A stretch of 64,000 nucleotides of DNA. Origin: an uncultured archaeon. Its GTDB lineage: Archaea > Asgardarchaeota > Lokiarchaeia > Sigyniarchaeales > SOKP01. The notes under the pieces are model-generated. The model saw only the letters and a list, made by a program, of their open reading frames with translations. It was not told where the DNA came from and did no database searches. Positions 40,726-49,645 of the stretch are shown piece by piece. The translations under genes were made by a program, and so were the position numbers. Position 1 is the stretch's first letter. Every line of letters begins with the position of its first letter. The stretch lies in assembly GCA_964508365.1 (NCBI GenBank), contig CAZDTP010000005.1:38530-102529 (forward strand), read 5' to 3'.

Positions 40726-42285
40726 CTACTCATATTCAATTGTGCTTGGTGGCTTGTTAGAAATATCATACACGACGCGATTAATTCCCTTTACTTCGTT
40801 TATGATGCGAGTGCCAATTTTTTCTAGTAATTCCCAATCTAGCTTGGCAAAGTTGGCAGTCATAGCGTCTAAGGACTCGACAACTCGTATAGCACAAATG
40901 TATTCATAGGTACGATAATCTCCCATAATTCCTACGGTTTTTAAAGGTAAAAATACGCAAAATGCTTGCCAAAGATTATCGTAAACTTTAGCTTTCCTGA
41001 CCTCGTCGATTAAAATCTCGTCAGCGTCTCTTAGGATGTCTAGTTTTTTCTTTTCAATTGGACCAATTATTCTTACTGCCAATCCAGGACCCGGAAAAGG
41101 ATGCCGTAAAACAATACTTTCAGGTAACCCTAATTGTATTCCGATTTTTCTTACCTCATCTTTATATAGCTCTTTCAGTGGCTCTATAATTTTTAACGTC
41201 ATATCATCTGGTAAAGTTAAATTATGGTGAGATTTAATTTTTACTGATGCACTGCTCGTAGCGCTCGTTTCTACTCGATCAGGGTAAATAGTTCCCTGAG
41301 CTAAATATTTAATATCTGGATAAGCCTTTTCTAATTCGATTGTTTTTTTTTCAAAAACCTCAATAAAAGTGTGACCGATAATCCGCCTTTTTTCTTCAGG
41401 ATCATCAATGTTTTTTAACCTTTCTAAAAATAAACCTTCGGCGTTAACATAATGGAAATTTTCAAATTTTAACTCTTGTTTAAATGTTTTTTGGACTTGA
41501 ATTTCCTCGTTTTTCCTTAGTACCCCATTGTTTACAAAAATACTATGCAACCTGTTTCCAATGGCTTTTTGAAATAGTGCTGCTACAACAGAAGAATCTA
41601 CTCCTCCGCTTAGACCTAATATAACTCTGTTTTTCAGTCCAACTTCTTTCTTAATATTTTCAATTGACTTTTCTATCCAATTCTCTAAGTTCCATTCTTT
41701 TTTGGCGTGAACAATTTTCTCAATAAAATTTTTCAAAATCTTCGTGCCTTTTTGGGTGTGTACTACTTCAGGGTGAAATTGAACGCCATACAATTTTAAA
41801 TCTTCATTTGCATAAACTGCTATTGGACATGTAGCTGTTCTGGCTAATATTTCAAAGCCTTGTGGCATTATTTCTACTTGATCTCCATGGGACATCCATA
41901 CAGTTTCCTTTTCATTTAGTGAATCTAATAATTTCCCCGGTTTCAGGATTTCCAATTCAGTTTTTCCATATTCTTTTTTAGCATATGGTTTAATTTTACC
42001 CCCTAATTGATGGATGATTAAGTGTAAACCATAACAGATTCCTAAAACTGGAATTTTGTCATTTTTTATAAACTTAAAGAAATCGTCTGTGAGATGGGGG
42101 CTACCATCCTCATATACACTACTTGGTCCTCCTGAAAGAATTATCCCTATTGGTTTATACTCCCTTAGCTTTTCAATTGCAATGTTATTTGGTAAAATCT
42201 CAGAATATACTCCTAGTTCTCTAATACGTCTAGCTATTAAATGAGAATATTGAGATCCCATGTCAATAATACAAATTTTATCCAT
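40726..42285 (-). CDS. guaA: GMP synthase (glutamine-hydrolysing), fused two-domain form
   Basis: 519 aa. GATase Cys (GICYGLH), FHPEV, PP-loop (GLSGGVDSSV) and the C-terminal dimerisation domain ending PPSTIEYE. Confidence 0.95.
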   Translation of the reverse strand: MDKICIIDMGSQYSHLIARRIRELGVYSEILPNNIAIEKLREYKPIGIILSGGPSSVYEDGSPHLTDDFFKFIKNDKIPVLGICYGLHLIIHQLGGKIKPYAKKEYGKTELEILKPGKLLDSLNEKETVWMSHGDQVEIMPQGFEILARTATCPIAVYANEDLKLYGVQFHPEVVHTQKGTKILKNFIEKIVHAKKEWNLENWIEKSIENIKKEVGLKNRVILGLSGGVDSSVVAALFQKAIGNRLHSIFVNNGVLRKNEEIQVQKTFKQELKFENFHYVNAEGLFLERLKNIDDPEEKRRIIGHTFIEVFEKKTIELEKAYPDIKYLAQGTIYPDRVETSATSSASVKIKSHHNLTLPDDMTLKIIEPLKELYKDEVRKIGIQLGLPESIVLRHPFPGPGLAVRIIGPIEKKKLDILRDADEILIDEVRKAKVYDNLWQAFCVFLPLKTVGIMGDYRTYEYICAIRVVESLDAMTANFAKLDWELLEKIGTRIINEVKGINRVVYDISNKPPSTIEYE

Positions 42286-42630
42286 ATGGTGTTAACTCGT
42301 TTACTATCAAATTTATGTTAATATTGATTTGATACAATAATTAACTTTCTGAATATATATTATATATCTCTTTAATATGCACCCTATTAATACAAGAAAT
42401 TACTTGGTTAGTTATAGGCTTAGTGTTATAATTTTAGCTTATTTTTAGAAAAACATATATCACTCTAAAATTAATAACATAAAATGAAAAACTTTTTTAT
42501 CTTTTAATTTTTAATGAACAAAAAAACAATTCTTACCTACTAATAGATTGTTTTATTAAAAATAATTTAATTTTAAATACAATATTAAATATAAATTAAT
42601 TAAAATAATAATAATTTAGAGTCTAAGCTT

Positions 42631-43881
42631 ATGATAATAAACCCCTATGAGAGTGCTAAAAAGAAAATTGATATAGCAGCAGAATTAATTAATTTACACC
42701 CGAATACTTTAGAATATCTCAAAAAGACGGAAAGAGCGCTCGTTGTTTCTATCCCAGTAATGATGGATGATGGTTCTCTCGAAATTTTTGAAGGATTCAG
42801 AGTTCATCATTCTACTTTACTAGGTCCAGGAAAAGGAGGTGTAAGATTTTCTCCCTTTGTGACTCTTGACGAGATGAAAGCTTTAGCCCTTTTGATGACA
42901 TTTAAGACAGCTTTATTAGGGTTACCTCTTGGTGGTTCTAAAGGTGGTATAAGAGTCGATACTAAAAAGTTATCAGAGAGAGAATTAGAGAATTTAACGA
43001 GAAGATACACCATGGAAATTATAAATATGATTGGACCTGATAGAGATGTTGCCGCACCAGATATGTATACAGACTCGCGTATAATGGCTTGGATGATGGA
43101 TACTTATAGTATGCAAAAAGGTCGAACTATTCCTGGAGTAGTTACTGGTAAACCAATTGAGATTGGAGGCTCTATAGGAAGGACTGAAGCTCCTGGTACA
43201 GGAATGATTTATTTACTACAGCATTTATGTCAAAAATTAAATTATAATTTGAAAAAAATGAGTGTTGCAATTCAAGGTTTTGGAAAAGTGGGATCTGTTG
43301 TTGCCAAGCAATTATGTAACAACTCCTGCAATGTTATAGCAATCTCTGAAGAAGAAGGAGGAATTTATTCACCAGATGGTTTAGATATAGACACATTAAT
43401 CAAATGGAAACTACAAGGTAATTTATTAAAAGAATATGAGGGTAAAAATACAAGCCCAATAACTAATGATAAATTATTAAGCACTGAATGTGATGTTTTA
43501 ATTCCTGCTGCTGTTGAAAATCAGATTTATAGCAAAAATGCAGATAAGATAGATTGTAAAATAATATTAGAAGGAGCAAATAGTCCAACAACTTCCCAAG
43601 CAGATAAAATCTTGGAGGAAAAAGAAATAATAGTTGTTCCAGATATTCTTGCAAATAGTGGAGGAGTTTGTGTATCTTATTTTGAATATATTCAAGATAT
43701 GCAGAGTTATTTCTGGAAGTTAGATCGCGTTAATCAAGAAATGAAATCGATTCTTATAGATACATTTGAGAAAATATTTGAATTTTCAAAAAAAACGGAT
43801 TCATCACTCAGAACGGCAGCATATGCTATTAGCGCAAATCGATTAGCAAAAGCACATGAATTGAGAGGGTTATTTCCATAA
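42631..43881 (+). CDS. gdhA: Glutamate dehydrogenase (copy 1)
   Basis: 416 aa. GPGKGGVRF, LPLGGSKGGIRV (catalytic Lys region), Rossmann GFGKVG, EGANSPTT. Confidence 0.9.
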   Translation: MIINPYESAKKKIDIAAELINLHPNTLEYLKKTERALVVSIPVMMDDGSLEIFEGFRVHHSTLLGPGKGGVRFSPFVTLDEMKALALLMTFKTALLGLPLGGSKGGIRVDTKKLSERELENLTRRYTMEIINMIGPDRDVAAPDMYTDSRIMAWMMDTYSMQKGRTIPGVVTGKPIEIGGSIGRTEAPGTGMIYLLQHLCQKLNYNLKKMSVAIQGFGKVGSVVAKQLCNNSCNVIAISEEEGGIYSPDGLDIDTLIKWKLQGNLLKEYEGKNTSPITNDKLLSTECDVLIPAAVENQIYSKNADKIDCKIILEGANSPTTSQADKILEEKEIIVVPDILANSGGVCVSYFEYIQDMQSYFWKLDRVNQEMKSILIDTFEKIFEFSKKTDSSLRTAAYAISANRLAKAHELRGLFP

Positions 43882-43976
43882 ATATGTGAGTTTTAGTTTA
43901 TGAGGAATAATTAATTATTAGATTTAGCAGAAATTATTATATAAAATAAAATAAAAAAGAAAAAAAGTGTAAAATT

Positions 43977-45227
43977 ATGGCCGTCAATCCTTTTGAAATG
44001 GCAAAAAAACAGATTGATATTGTAGCAGAAGTGCTGGATTTAGATCCAAATATTCATAAGTTTTTAAAAAGAGTAGAACGTTCTTTAATAGTTTCTATTC
44101 CAATTATGATGGATGATGGTACTGTAAAAATTTTTGAAGGTTATAGGGTTCATCATTCTACAATCAGAGGACCTGGGAAAGGTGGTTTACGATATTCTTT
44201 AGGTGTTAATCTTGATGAAGTTAAAGCTTTAGCAACATGGATGACATGGAAAACTAGTCTTTTAAACTTGCCTTTAGGGGGTTCTAAAGGAGGTATATGC
44301 GTTGATCCTTTTAAATTGTCTAAAAAAGAGCTAGAAAGACTTACAAGAAGGTTTACTGCTGAAATTATTAATATCATAGGACCAGATATTGATATTCCCG
44401 CTCCAGATGTAAATACTAACCCACAAATTATGGCTTGGATAATGGATACATATAGCATGCAAAAAGGACGAACGATTACTGGCGTTGTAACTGGAAAACC
44501 CGTTGAAATTGGCGGTTCTGTTGGCAGAGCAGATGCTACCGGAATGGGCTTGTATTTTGTACTCCAAGCTATGGCTGAAAAACTTAGATTAGAATTAAAG
44601 TCCTTAAAGATTGTAGTTCAAGGATTCGGTAATGTAGGAGGTACGATTGCTAATCTACTTTATAAACACGGATGTAAAGTTATTGCCGTCTCCGATATTT
44701 CAACGGGCATTTGCTGCGAAGATGGTTTAGATGTAGAAAAATTATTAGATTGGGCTAAACAAGGTAATTTATTTAAAGATTATAAAAACGAGAATTATAA
44801 ACTTATTGGTAACGACGAGTTACTTACATTAAAATGCGATGTATTAATCCCGGCAGCTATAGAAAATCAAATAACAGAAAAAAATGCGGAGAAAATAAAC
44901 TGCAAAATAGTTTTAGAAGGTGCAAATGGTCCTACAACACCAGAAGCGGATAAAGTTTTGTTTAAGAAAGAAATTTATGTTGTACCAGATATTCTCGCCA
45001 ATAGTGGTGGGGTTTGCGTATCGTACTTCGAATATGTCCAAGATATTAATTCGTACTTCTGGAAACTTGATCGTATTAATGAAGAACTTAAAAGAATCAT
45101 AATTGAAGCATTTGAAGAAACATATAAAATCTCAGAAGAGAAAAAGATACCCCTTCGGACAGCAGCTTACATAATAGCGGTATCAAGAATTGCAAAAGCA
45201 ATTGAATTGAGAGGAATCTTTCCTTAA
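43977..45227 (+). CDS. gdhA: Glutamate dehydrogenase (copy 2, tandem paralog)
   Basis: 416 aa, colinear without gaps with copy 1. GPGKGGLRY, LPLGGSKGGICV, GFGNVG, EGANGPTT. Confidence 0.9.
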   Translation: MAVNPFEMAKKQIDIVAEVLDLDPNIHKFLKRVERSLIVSIPIMMDDGTVKIFEGYRVHHSTIRGPGKGGLRYSLGVNLDEVKALATWMTWKTSLLNLPLGGSKGGICVDPFKLSKKELERLTRRFTAEIINIIGPDIDIPAPDVNTNPQIMAWIMDTYSMQKGRTITGVVTGKPVEIGGSVGRADATGMGLYFVLQAMAEKLRLELKSLKIVVQGFGNVGGTIANLLYKHGCKVIAVSDISTGICCEDGLDVEKLLDWAKQGNLFKDYKNENYKLIGNDELLTLKCDVLIPAAIENQITEKNAEKINCKIVLEGANGPTTPEADKVLFKKEIYVVPDILANSGGVCVSYFEYVQDINSYFWKLDRINEELKRIIIEAFEETYKISEEKKIPLRTAAYIIAVSRIAKAIELRGIFP

Positions 45228-45259
45228 ACCAAAATATCGATCTTTTTTTTAATTTTCCT

Positions 45260-46561
45260 TTAGGTAAAAAGAATAATGATAAACAGAAACCCCATTGCAC
45301 ATGCAATATGAATTAATGCAAAAATAGCTCCAGTTTTTAATAATCGTTTGTATCCAAGATTTTCAACGCCATTATCTTGTGCTACCTTAAGTGTCATGAG
45401 ATCTGCTGCAGCTCCTTGTGGAATCAGATTTCCACCTAAATTAATTGCTATAATAAAAGCAAATAAAAGAGGAACAGAAGGAAAATTAAATGTAGTAATA
45501 AGAGTTTGAATGATGGGTATAAAGATTAATGTAGTAGGGGTATTAGCAACGAAACCTGAAATCAAACTTACTAAGATAAGAATAATAAATGCTATCAATA
45601 TCGGATTAAACGATTCAAAAGGTATAGCAATAAAAATTTCCTGAAAACCGGCTTTTAAAAGACATCCAACAATAACATATAAAGAAATAAAGAAAAAGAT
45701 TATCTCCCATTCAATATCTTTTAATAATTCCCCCATTGGTTTTTTAGTATAGTTCCGATTTACTAAAACAAGTATTAAGGCTGCGATGATTGCCGTTAAG
45801 TACAAAATAGGTAAGATCATAAAAAGCACGATGGTAACAATAAGCGCAAAACTATTGAAATAGAACATCTTTTTATTTTTGATCATAATATCTGCATCCA
45901 CGAGTTCTAACACGAATTTCTTGGTTTGTTCGTCAATTTTCGGCTCTTTCGAGAGTATAAAGCGATCTATTAAAAATATTGTAAAAAACAATAATAGAAA
46001 AGAGAAAACCCAATAATATTGGATGAAATATAGTGTATCAAGCCTAAACGCTGTAGAAATGATAATATTTTCTCCTGACGAGAAGGGTGTGATAATGCTC
46101 CCGATGTTTATACAAATAGTCATTCCCATAAGATAAGTACCTGCTCTAATTTTTAAGAAATGACACAATCGGACAACGACAGGAGCCAAGATTAAAACTA
46201 CAACAACATCAGTAATGACTGCTGCTAATAGCGTTGTAATCGTACAAAGAAGATAGAGAAAAGTTCTACGATTTCCTCTTGATAGTTTAAACAATTTTAC
46301 TGCTACATATTCTAAAACATTTGAATCTTGTGCGATTTTAGTCAATATGCTCATGCTTAAGATAATAAGAATAGCTTCCCATTCTACATCGAGAATAAAT
46401 ACCTTTATATCAATTCCTAATTGAAGACCCGTAATTGTAGCACCCAAAAACATGCAGAATAAGGATATTGCCACAAAATCTGAGCCTTTTATGGAATAAC
46501 TTATAATTATTATGATAAAAAGCACTAAAAGAAAAATTAAAAGCGGTAGATTCATCGGCAC
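45260..46561 (-). CDS. Ion-transporter-superfamily permease (ArsB/NhaD/CitMHS-like)
   Basis: 433 aa with about 10-12 TM helices in two halves around a central charged loop. The overall layout and Gly/Pro-rich re-entrant-like segments (GSIITPFSSGENII, GGNLIPQGAAADL) resemble the family. Confidence 0.55.
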   Translation of the reverse strand: MPMNLPLLIFLLVLFIIIIISYSIKGSDFVAISLFCMFLGATITGLQLGIDIKVFILDVEWEAILIILSMSILTKIAQDSNVLEYVAVKLFKLSRGNRRTFLYLLCTITTLLAAVITDVVVVLILAPVVVRLCHFLKIRAGTYLMGMTICINIGSIITPFSSGENIIISTAFRLDTLYFIQYYWVFSFLLLFFTIFLIDRFILSKEPKIDEQTKKFVLELVDADIMIKNKKMFYFNSFALIVTIVLFMILPILYLTAIIAALILVLVNRNYTKKPMGELLKDIEWEIIFFFISLYVIVGCLLKAGFQEIFIAIPFESFNPILIAFIILILVSLISGFVANTPTTLIFIPIIQTLITTFNFPSVPLLFAFIIAINLGGNLIPQGAAADLMTLKVAQDNGVENLGYKRLLKTGAIFALIHIACAMGFLFIIILFT

Positions 46562-46686
46562 CTAAATGATAGATTTAATGTTTTATTATTTAAGTTAATA
46601 AATACCTTTTAATAAATCTAATTAAAGTATAAGATTTAACATTTTCATTACTATAAATTAAGATATGGATATGTATGTAAGTTAAA

Positions 46687-47535
46687 TTACTTGAATAAGA
46701 AAAGCTGTAGAAGAAATTTAAATAAGTTTAATTCGTTTAATAGAGTAATATTTGAGATGAGGTAATCAAAGATATTTTCTTCGATAAAATAATGTAAAGT
46801 TACATAATAACCTTCTTCATGCTTTATCATCTCGGTGATCTTTTTAACAAGATTGATGATTTGCTTCTCTACTACAAGCATATCGCAGTTTTTAGGATTT
46901 ATATTGATAATATTGATGCCAGAATTACGATTAAACGAGAATTTACTTAATTCCGGATTATTTTGAACATATTGATGGTTCAAATAATTAGTAAACATGG
47001 ATTCGATCTGAACATAAATGTTCTCTTTTTTCTCGGTTGTAAAATGGCCTTCAATTACATTTATGAGTAAATTTAAAATCTGTTGAAAGACACCTAAAAT
47101 ATCGAAATATTCAGCAATCGTTGATATATCTTCAGCTGTTAACCATTGGGAGTAGTACTCGTCGATAATATCTTTAAATGAACTGAAATGTTCGGTGTTG
47201 CCTTTCCATAAGCTTTTCCATTCATCTCTATTTTTAGAAACAAATTGTTCTAGGAAAGAATGCTTGATAATGTTAAGTCGAGCTTTTAACATGTTTGAAC
47301 TGATGTTTTTTTCTGAAGTTGCAACAAATAATAAGTTAGCTGATTTTTCCTCCAAATAGCACCATCTTAGGCCACCCATTTCGATGCTTTCTATCCCCTC
47401 TTTTAATTCATAGGTCGTAAACTGGTTTAGGGCAGCTAATAAACCACTTATAAGATCTTCGTCTATTGGTAAATCCATATAGGGCTTGTATAATAGCGTT
47501 ATACCGCTTTCTGAATCAAGAATCCAAATATTCAT
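46687..47535 (-). CDS. Protein with an N-terminal longin/roadblock-like domain and a helical C-terminal region
   Basis: 282 aa. Residues 1-105 (IWILDSESGITLLYKPY ... DEDLISGLLAALNQF ... IESIEMGGLRWCYLEEKSANLLFVATSEKNISSNMLKARLNIIKHSFLEQF) follow the beta-beta-alpha-beta-beta-beta-alpha pattern and key positions of Mon1/Fuzzy-type longin (or MglB/roadblock) domains. Confidence 0.45.
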   Translation of the reverse strand: MNIWILDSESGITLLYKPYMDLPIDEDLISGLLAALNQFTTYELKEGIESIEMGGLRWCYLEEKSANLLFVATSEKNISSNMLKARLNIIKHSFLEQFVSKNRDEWKSLWKGNTEHFSSFKDIIDEYYSQWLTAEDISTIAEYFDILGVFQQILNLLINVIEGHFTTEKKENIYVQIESMFTNYLNHQYVQNNPELSKFSFNRNSGINIININPKNCDMLVVEKQIINLVKKITEMIKHEEGYYVTLHYFIEENIFDYLISNITLLNELNLFKFLLQLFLFK

Positions 47536-47617
47536 AATAGAATGCGTTTTTAGAAATTACTATTGATATATAAAAGCACGATTTAATAAATGATTATTTT
47601 TAAATAAAATTTAAATA

Positions 47618-48115
47618 TCATTGTAAAAAATCTTTTAGATCTTTGGTTTTGCAATATTTTTCAATGTTCCTTAACATTTCAGAGATTTTATTTTGCAGAA
47701 CTAAATCACTTACACCGCCTATAATACTTAAGAAATCGCTACTAAGCGTAAAACTTTCCACAAAAACCCCAACTTTTGACTTATTGGGAGATAATGGTTT
47801 GATGCGTATTCTTCCCTCCAATTCTCGGATATCTTTATTATTCCTTACATTAAATTCGATCAGATGTCCTTTACCGGGATCTTGACCCCTATCAGACAGT
47901 ACCAGTTCTCCTTCCATTTCGATTGGAATTTTTATTACATCTACTTCATCATATATTTTAGTATGTAGTACATTTGGTGCGGTAAATTTTGCTTCCATTT
48001 TCTTGGAAGGGTTAATTTCTTCCCAGAATTCTGGTACATAGAGTGCTTTAAAGAGGTTGTTCTCATTACAGTTATCAATTTCTAAAACTTTCGAGATTTT
48101 AGCCGTAATTTTCAC
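47618..48115 (-). CDS. SRPBCC (START/Bet v1-like) fold protein, tentative
   Basis: 165 aa with a GTG start. The size, the alternation of beta segments and the long C-terminal helix (SDLVLQNKISEMLRNIEKY) fit SRPBCC. No catalytic motif. Confidence 0.4.
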   Translation of the reverse strand: MKITAKISKVLEIDNCNENNLFKALYVPEFWEEINPSKKMEAKFTAPNVLHTKIYDEVDVIKIPIEMEGELVLSDRGQDPGKGHLIEFNVRNNKDIRELEGRIRIKPLSPNKSKVGVFVESFTLSSDFLSIIGGVSDLVLQNKISEMLRNIEKYCKTKDLKDFLQ

Positions 48116-48322
48116 CTTAATTTATTTTAAGTATGATTTACTTATAAAAATCGAAAGTTTTTAACTTTTTATATTAATGAATACAAAAGATAGAATGGTA
48201 GCCTCAGACTTCCTTGATTATTTCATCTTTTAGACATTAAATCATTTTTAGTTTGTCATCATTGGCTCTTGTGCAAATCTCTTCAACTTAAAGAATCAGA
48301 TTGATTTTAATTTTACTATAAT

Positions 48323-48523
48323 TTATTTATCACGAAATAACATACTTTTACCTAGATTTCGTTCTTCTTTACAATTGGGACATACCCAAGTAGCATCGTT
48401 TTTTTTTATCGAATTTATGCACATATCACAAATAGCTGTGTCGCAAATGCAGTAATAGCACCTATCTAGTTTATCTTCACAACTTTTTCCGCATATATAA
48501 CAATTTGGAGGATTTTTAGACAT
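48323..48523 (-). CDS. Cys-rich mini-protein with a PHD/RING-like cross-brace zinc-finger spacing
   Basis: 66 aa with 10 Cys in residues 8-51: C8-x2-C11-x10-C22-x2-C25-x-C27-x4-C32-x2-C35-x12-C48-x2-C51, with Trp two residues before C48 (TWVCPNC). Confidence 0.5.
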   Translation of the reverse strand: MSKNPPNCYICGKSCEDKLDRCYYCICDTAICDMCINSIKKNDATWVCPNCKEERNLGKSMLFRDK

Positions 48524-48605
48524 ATCTATATTACAATTTATATTCTTTTATAATATTCATAATTATATTTATTATTAATTAAATTTAACAACATTTCTGA
48601 AGATA

Positions 48606-48791
48606 ATGGATAAATTTAGGTCGCGAATTCAAATACTCTCCTTGTTCATAATATTCTTTATGTATAGAGCGATTTCAGCAGGAATCTACAATAATGCTCC
48701 AGAATTTATACTTTGGTTGCTGATCTCTATAATTTACGCGATCTCTCTTACGATTTTATATATAGTTTTCAGACAAAGAGAAAATCGTTAA
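48606..48791 (+). CDS. Possible small two-TM membrane protein
   Basis: 61 aa with two hydrophobic helices flanked by basic residues. No other support. Confidence 0.3.
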   Translation: MDKFRSRIQILSLFIIFFMYRAISAGIYNNAPEFILWLLISIIYAISLTILYIVFRQRENR

Positions 48792-48846
48792 TTTTATTCT
48801 CTGAGAGATAAGAAATAGGCGAACATATATTTAGAGTCGTTTTAGT

Positions 48847-49116
48847 TCATTTATCCCTTTTTTTAAAAATGTCAGGGATTAAACCCTCTATTCCTAAACT
48901 CTTTAACACGCTATCCCTAACATCTACTTGTACCCTCATGTCTTGCATTACTTTTAATGTATCTCCTAAAGATCTTGAGAAAGTATCGCTCATTTCCTTA
49001 ATAGTATCTGATGTAAGTTTTAGAGATTCTCGAATTGATAAGTTAGTTTCATGCAATTCCGCTGTTAACTCTTCCATTGTTTTTCTCATTTCTGAGAGTT
49101 CTTCTTTCAGTCCCAT
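48847..49116 (-). CDS. Small coiled-coil protein, unknown function
   Basis: 89 aa, charged and heptad-like (EELSEMRKTMEELTAELHETNLSIRESLK). Preferred over the Ser/Ile-rich antisense ORF 48869-49126. Confidence 0.4.
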   Translation of the reverse strand: MGLKEELSEMRKTMEELTAELHETNLSIRESLKLTSDTIKEMSDTFSRSLGDTLKVMQDMRVQVDVRDSVLKSLGIEGLIPDIFKKRDK

Positions 49117-49645
49117 TTATACTTGAGATTAACAATTATTCTAATAATCTTCTTAAAGTAAGTTTGATTAAAAGTTTTTTTTATCCTAAAGTTTAAAACA
49201 TTATCAAATATAATCAATAGTCTTTTAAGAATTCATTATTATATTAGATCAATAATAAGAAGACTCTTGTAAATATTATGTCAGAATGGAAAAACAGAAT
49301 TAAAAAGCCAGTTTCAGACGAGTATTACTGTACGGGCTGAAATATTGTTGATGGATTTATACAAATAATCAATTCATTAAAAAAAAAACGTAAAGTAAAA
49401 AAAGCTATAAAAAATACAAATTAAAACAAATCTCATAGATTAAATCAAAAATTTTAGGATTTTATCTAAAGTTCCGCAAGAACTCGAGATTCTACTAAAA
49501 TTTAAAACAAAAGAACTCAAAGCAATTTTTAGATTTATAGGAATTTTCATCATTTAATTTTTAGCGATATTATTATTTTTAATAAAAAAATGATAGAACG
49601 AAAAATCAAGGTTACTTTCAACAATGATTTTTATTTAAATAGACA

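Noticed and set aside
48869-49126. An 85-aa plus-strand ORF overlapping the coiled-coil ORF.
   Set aside because: It is a Ser/Ile/Leu-rich shadow translation. The minus-strand product has a coherent heptad-like charged pattern.
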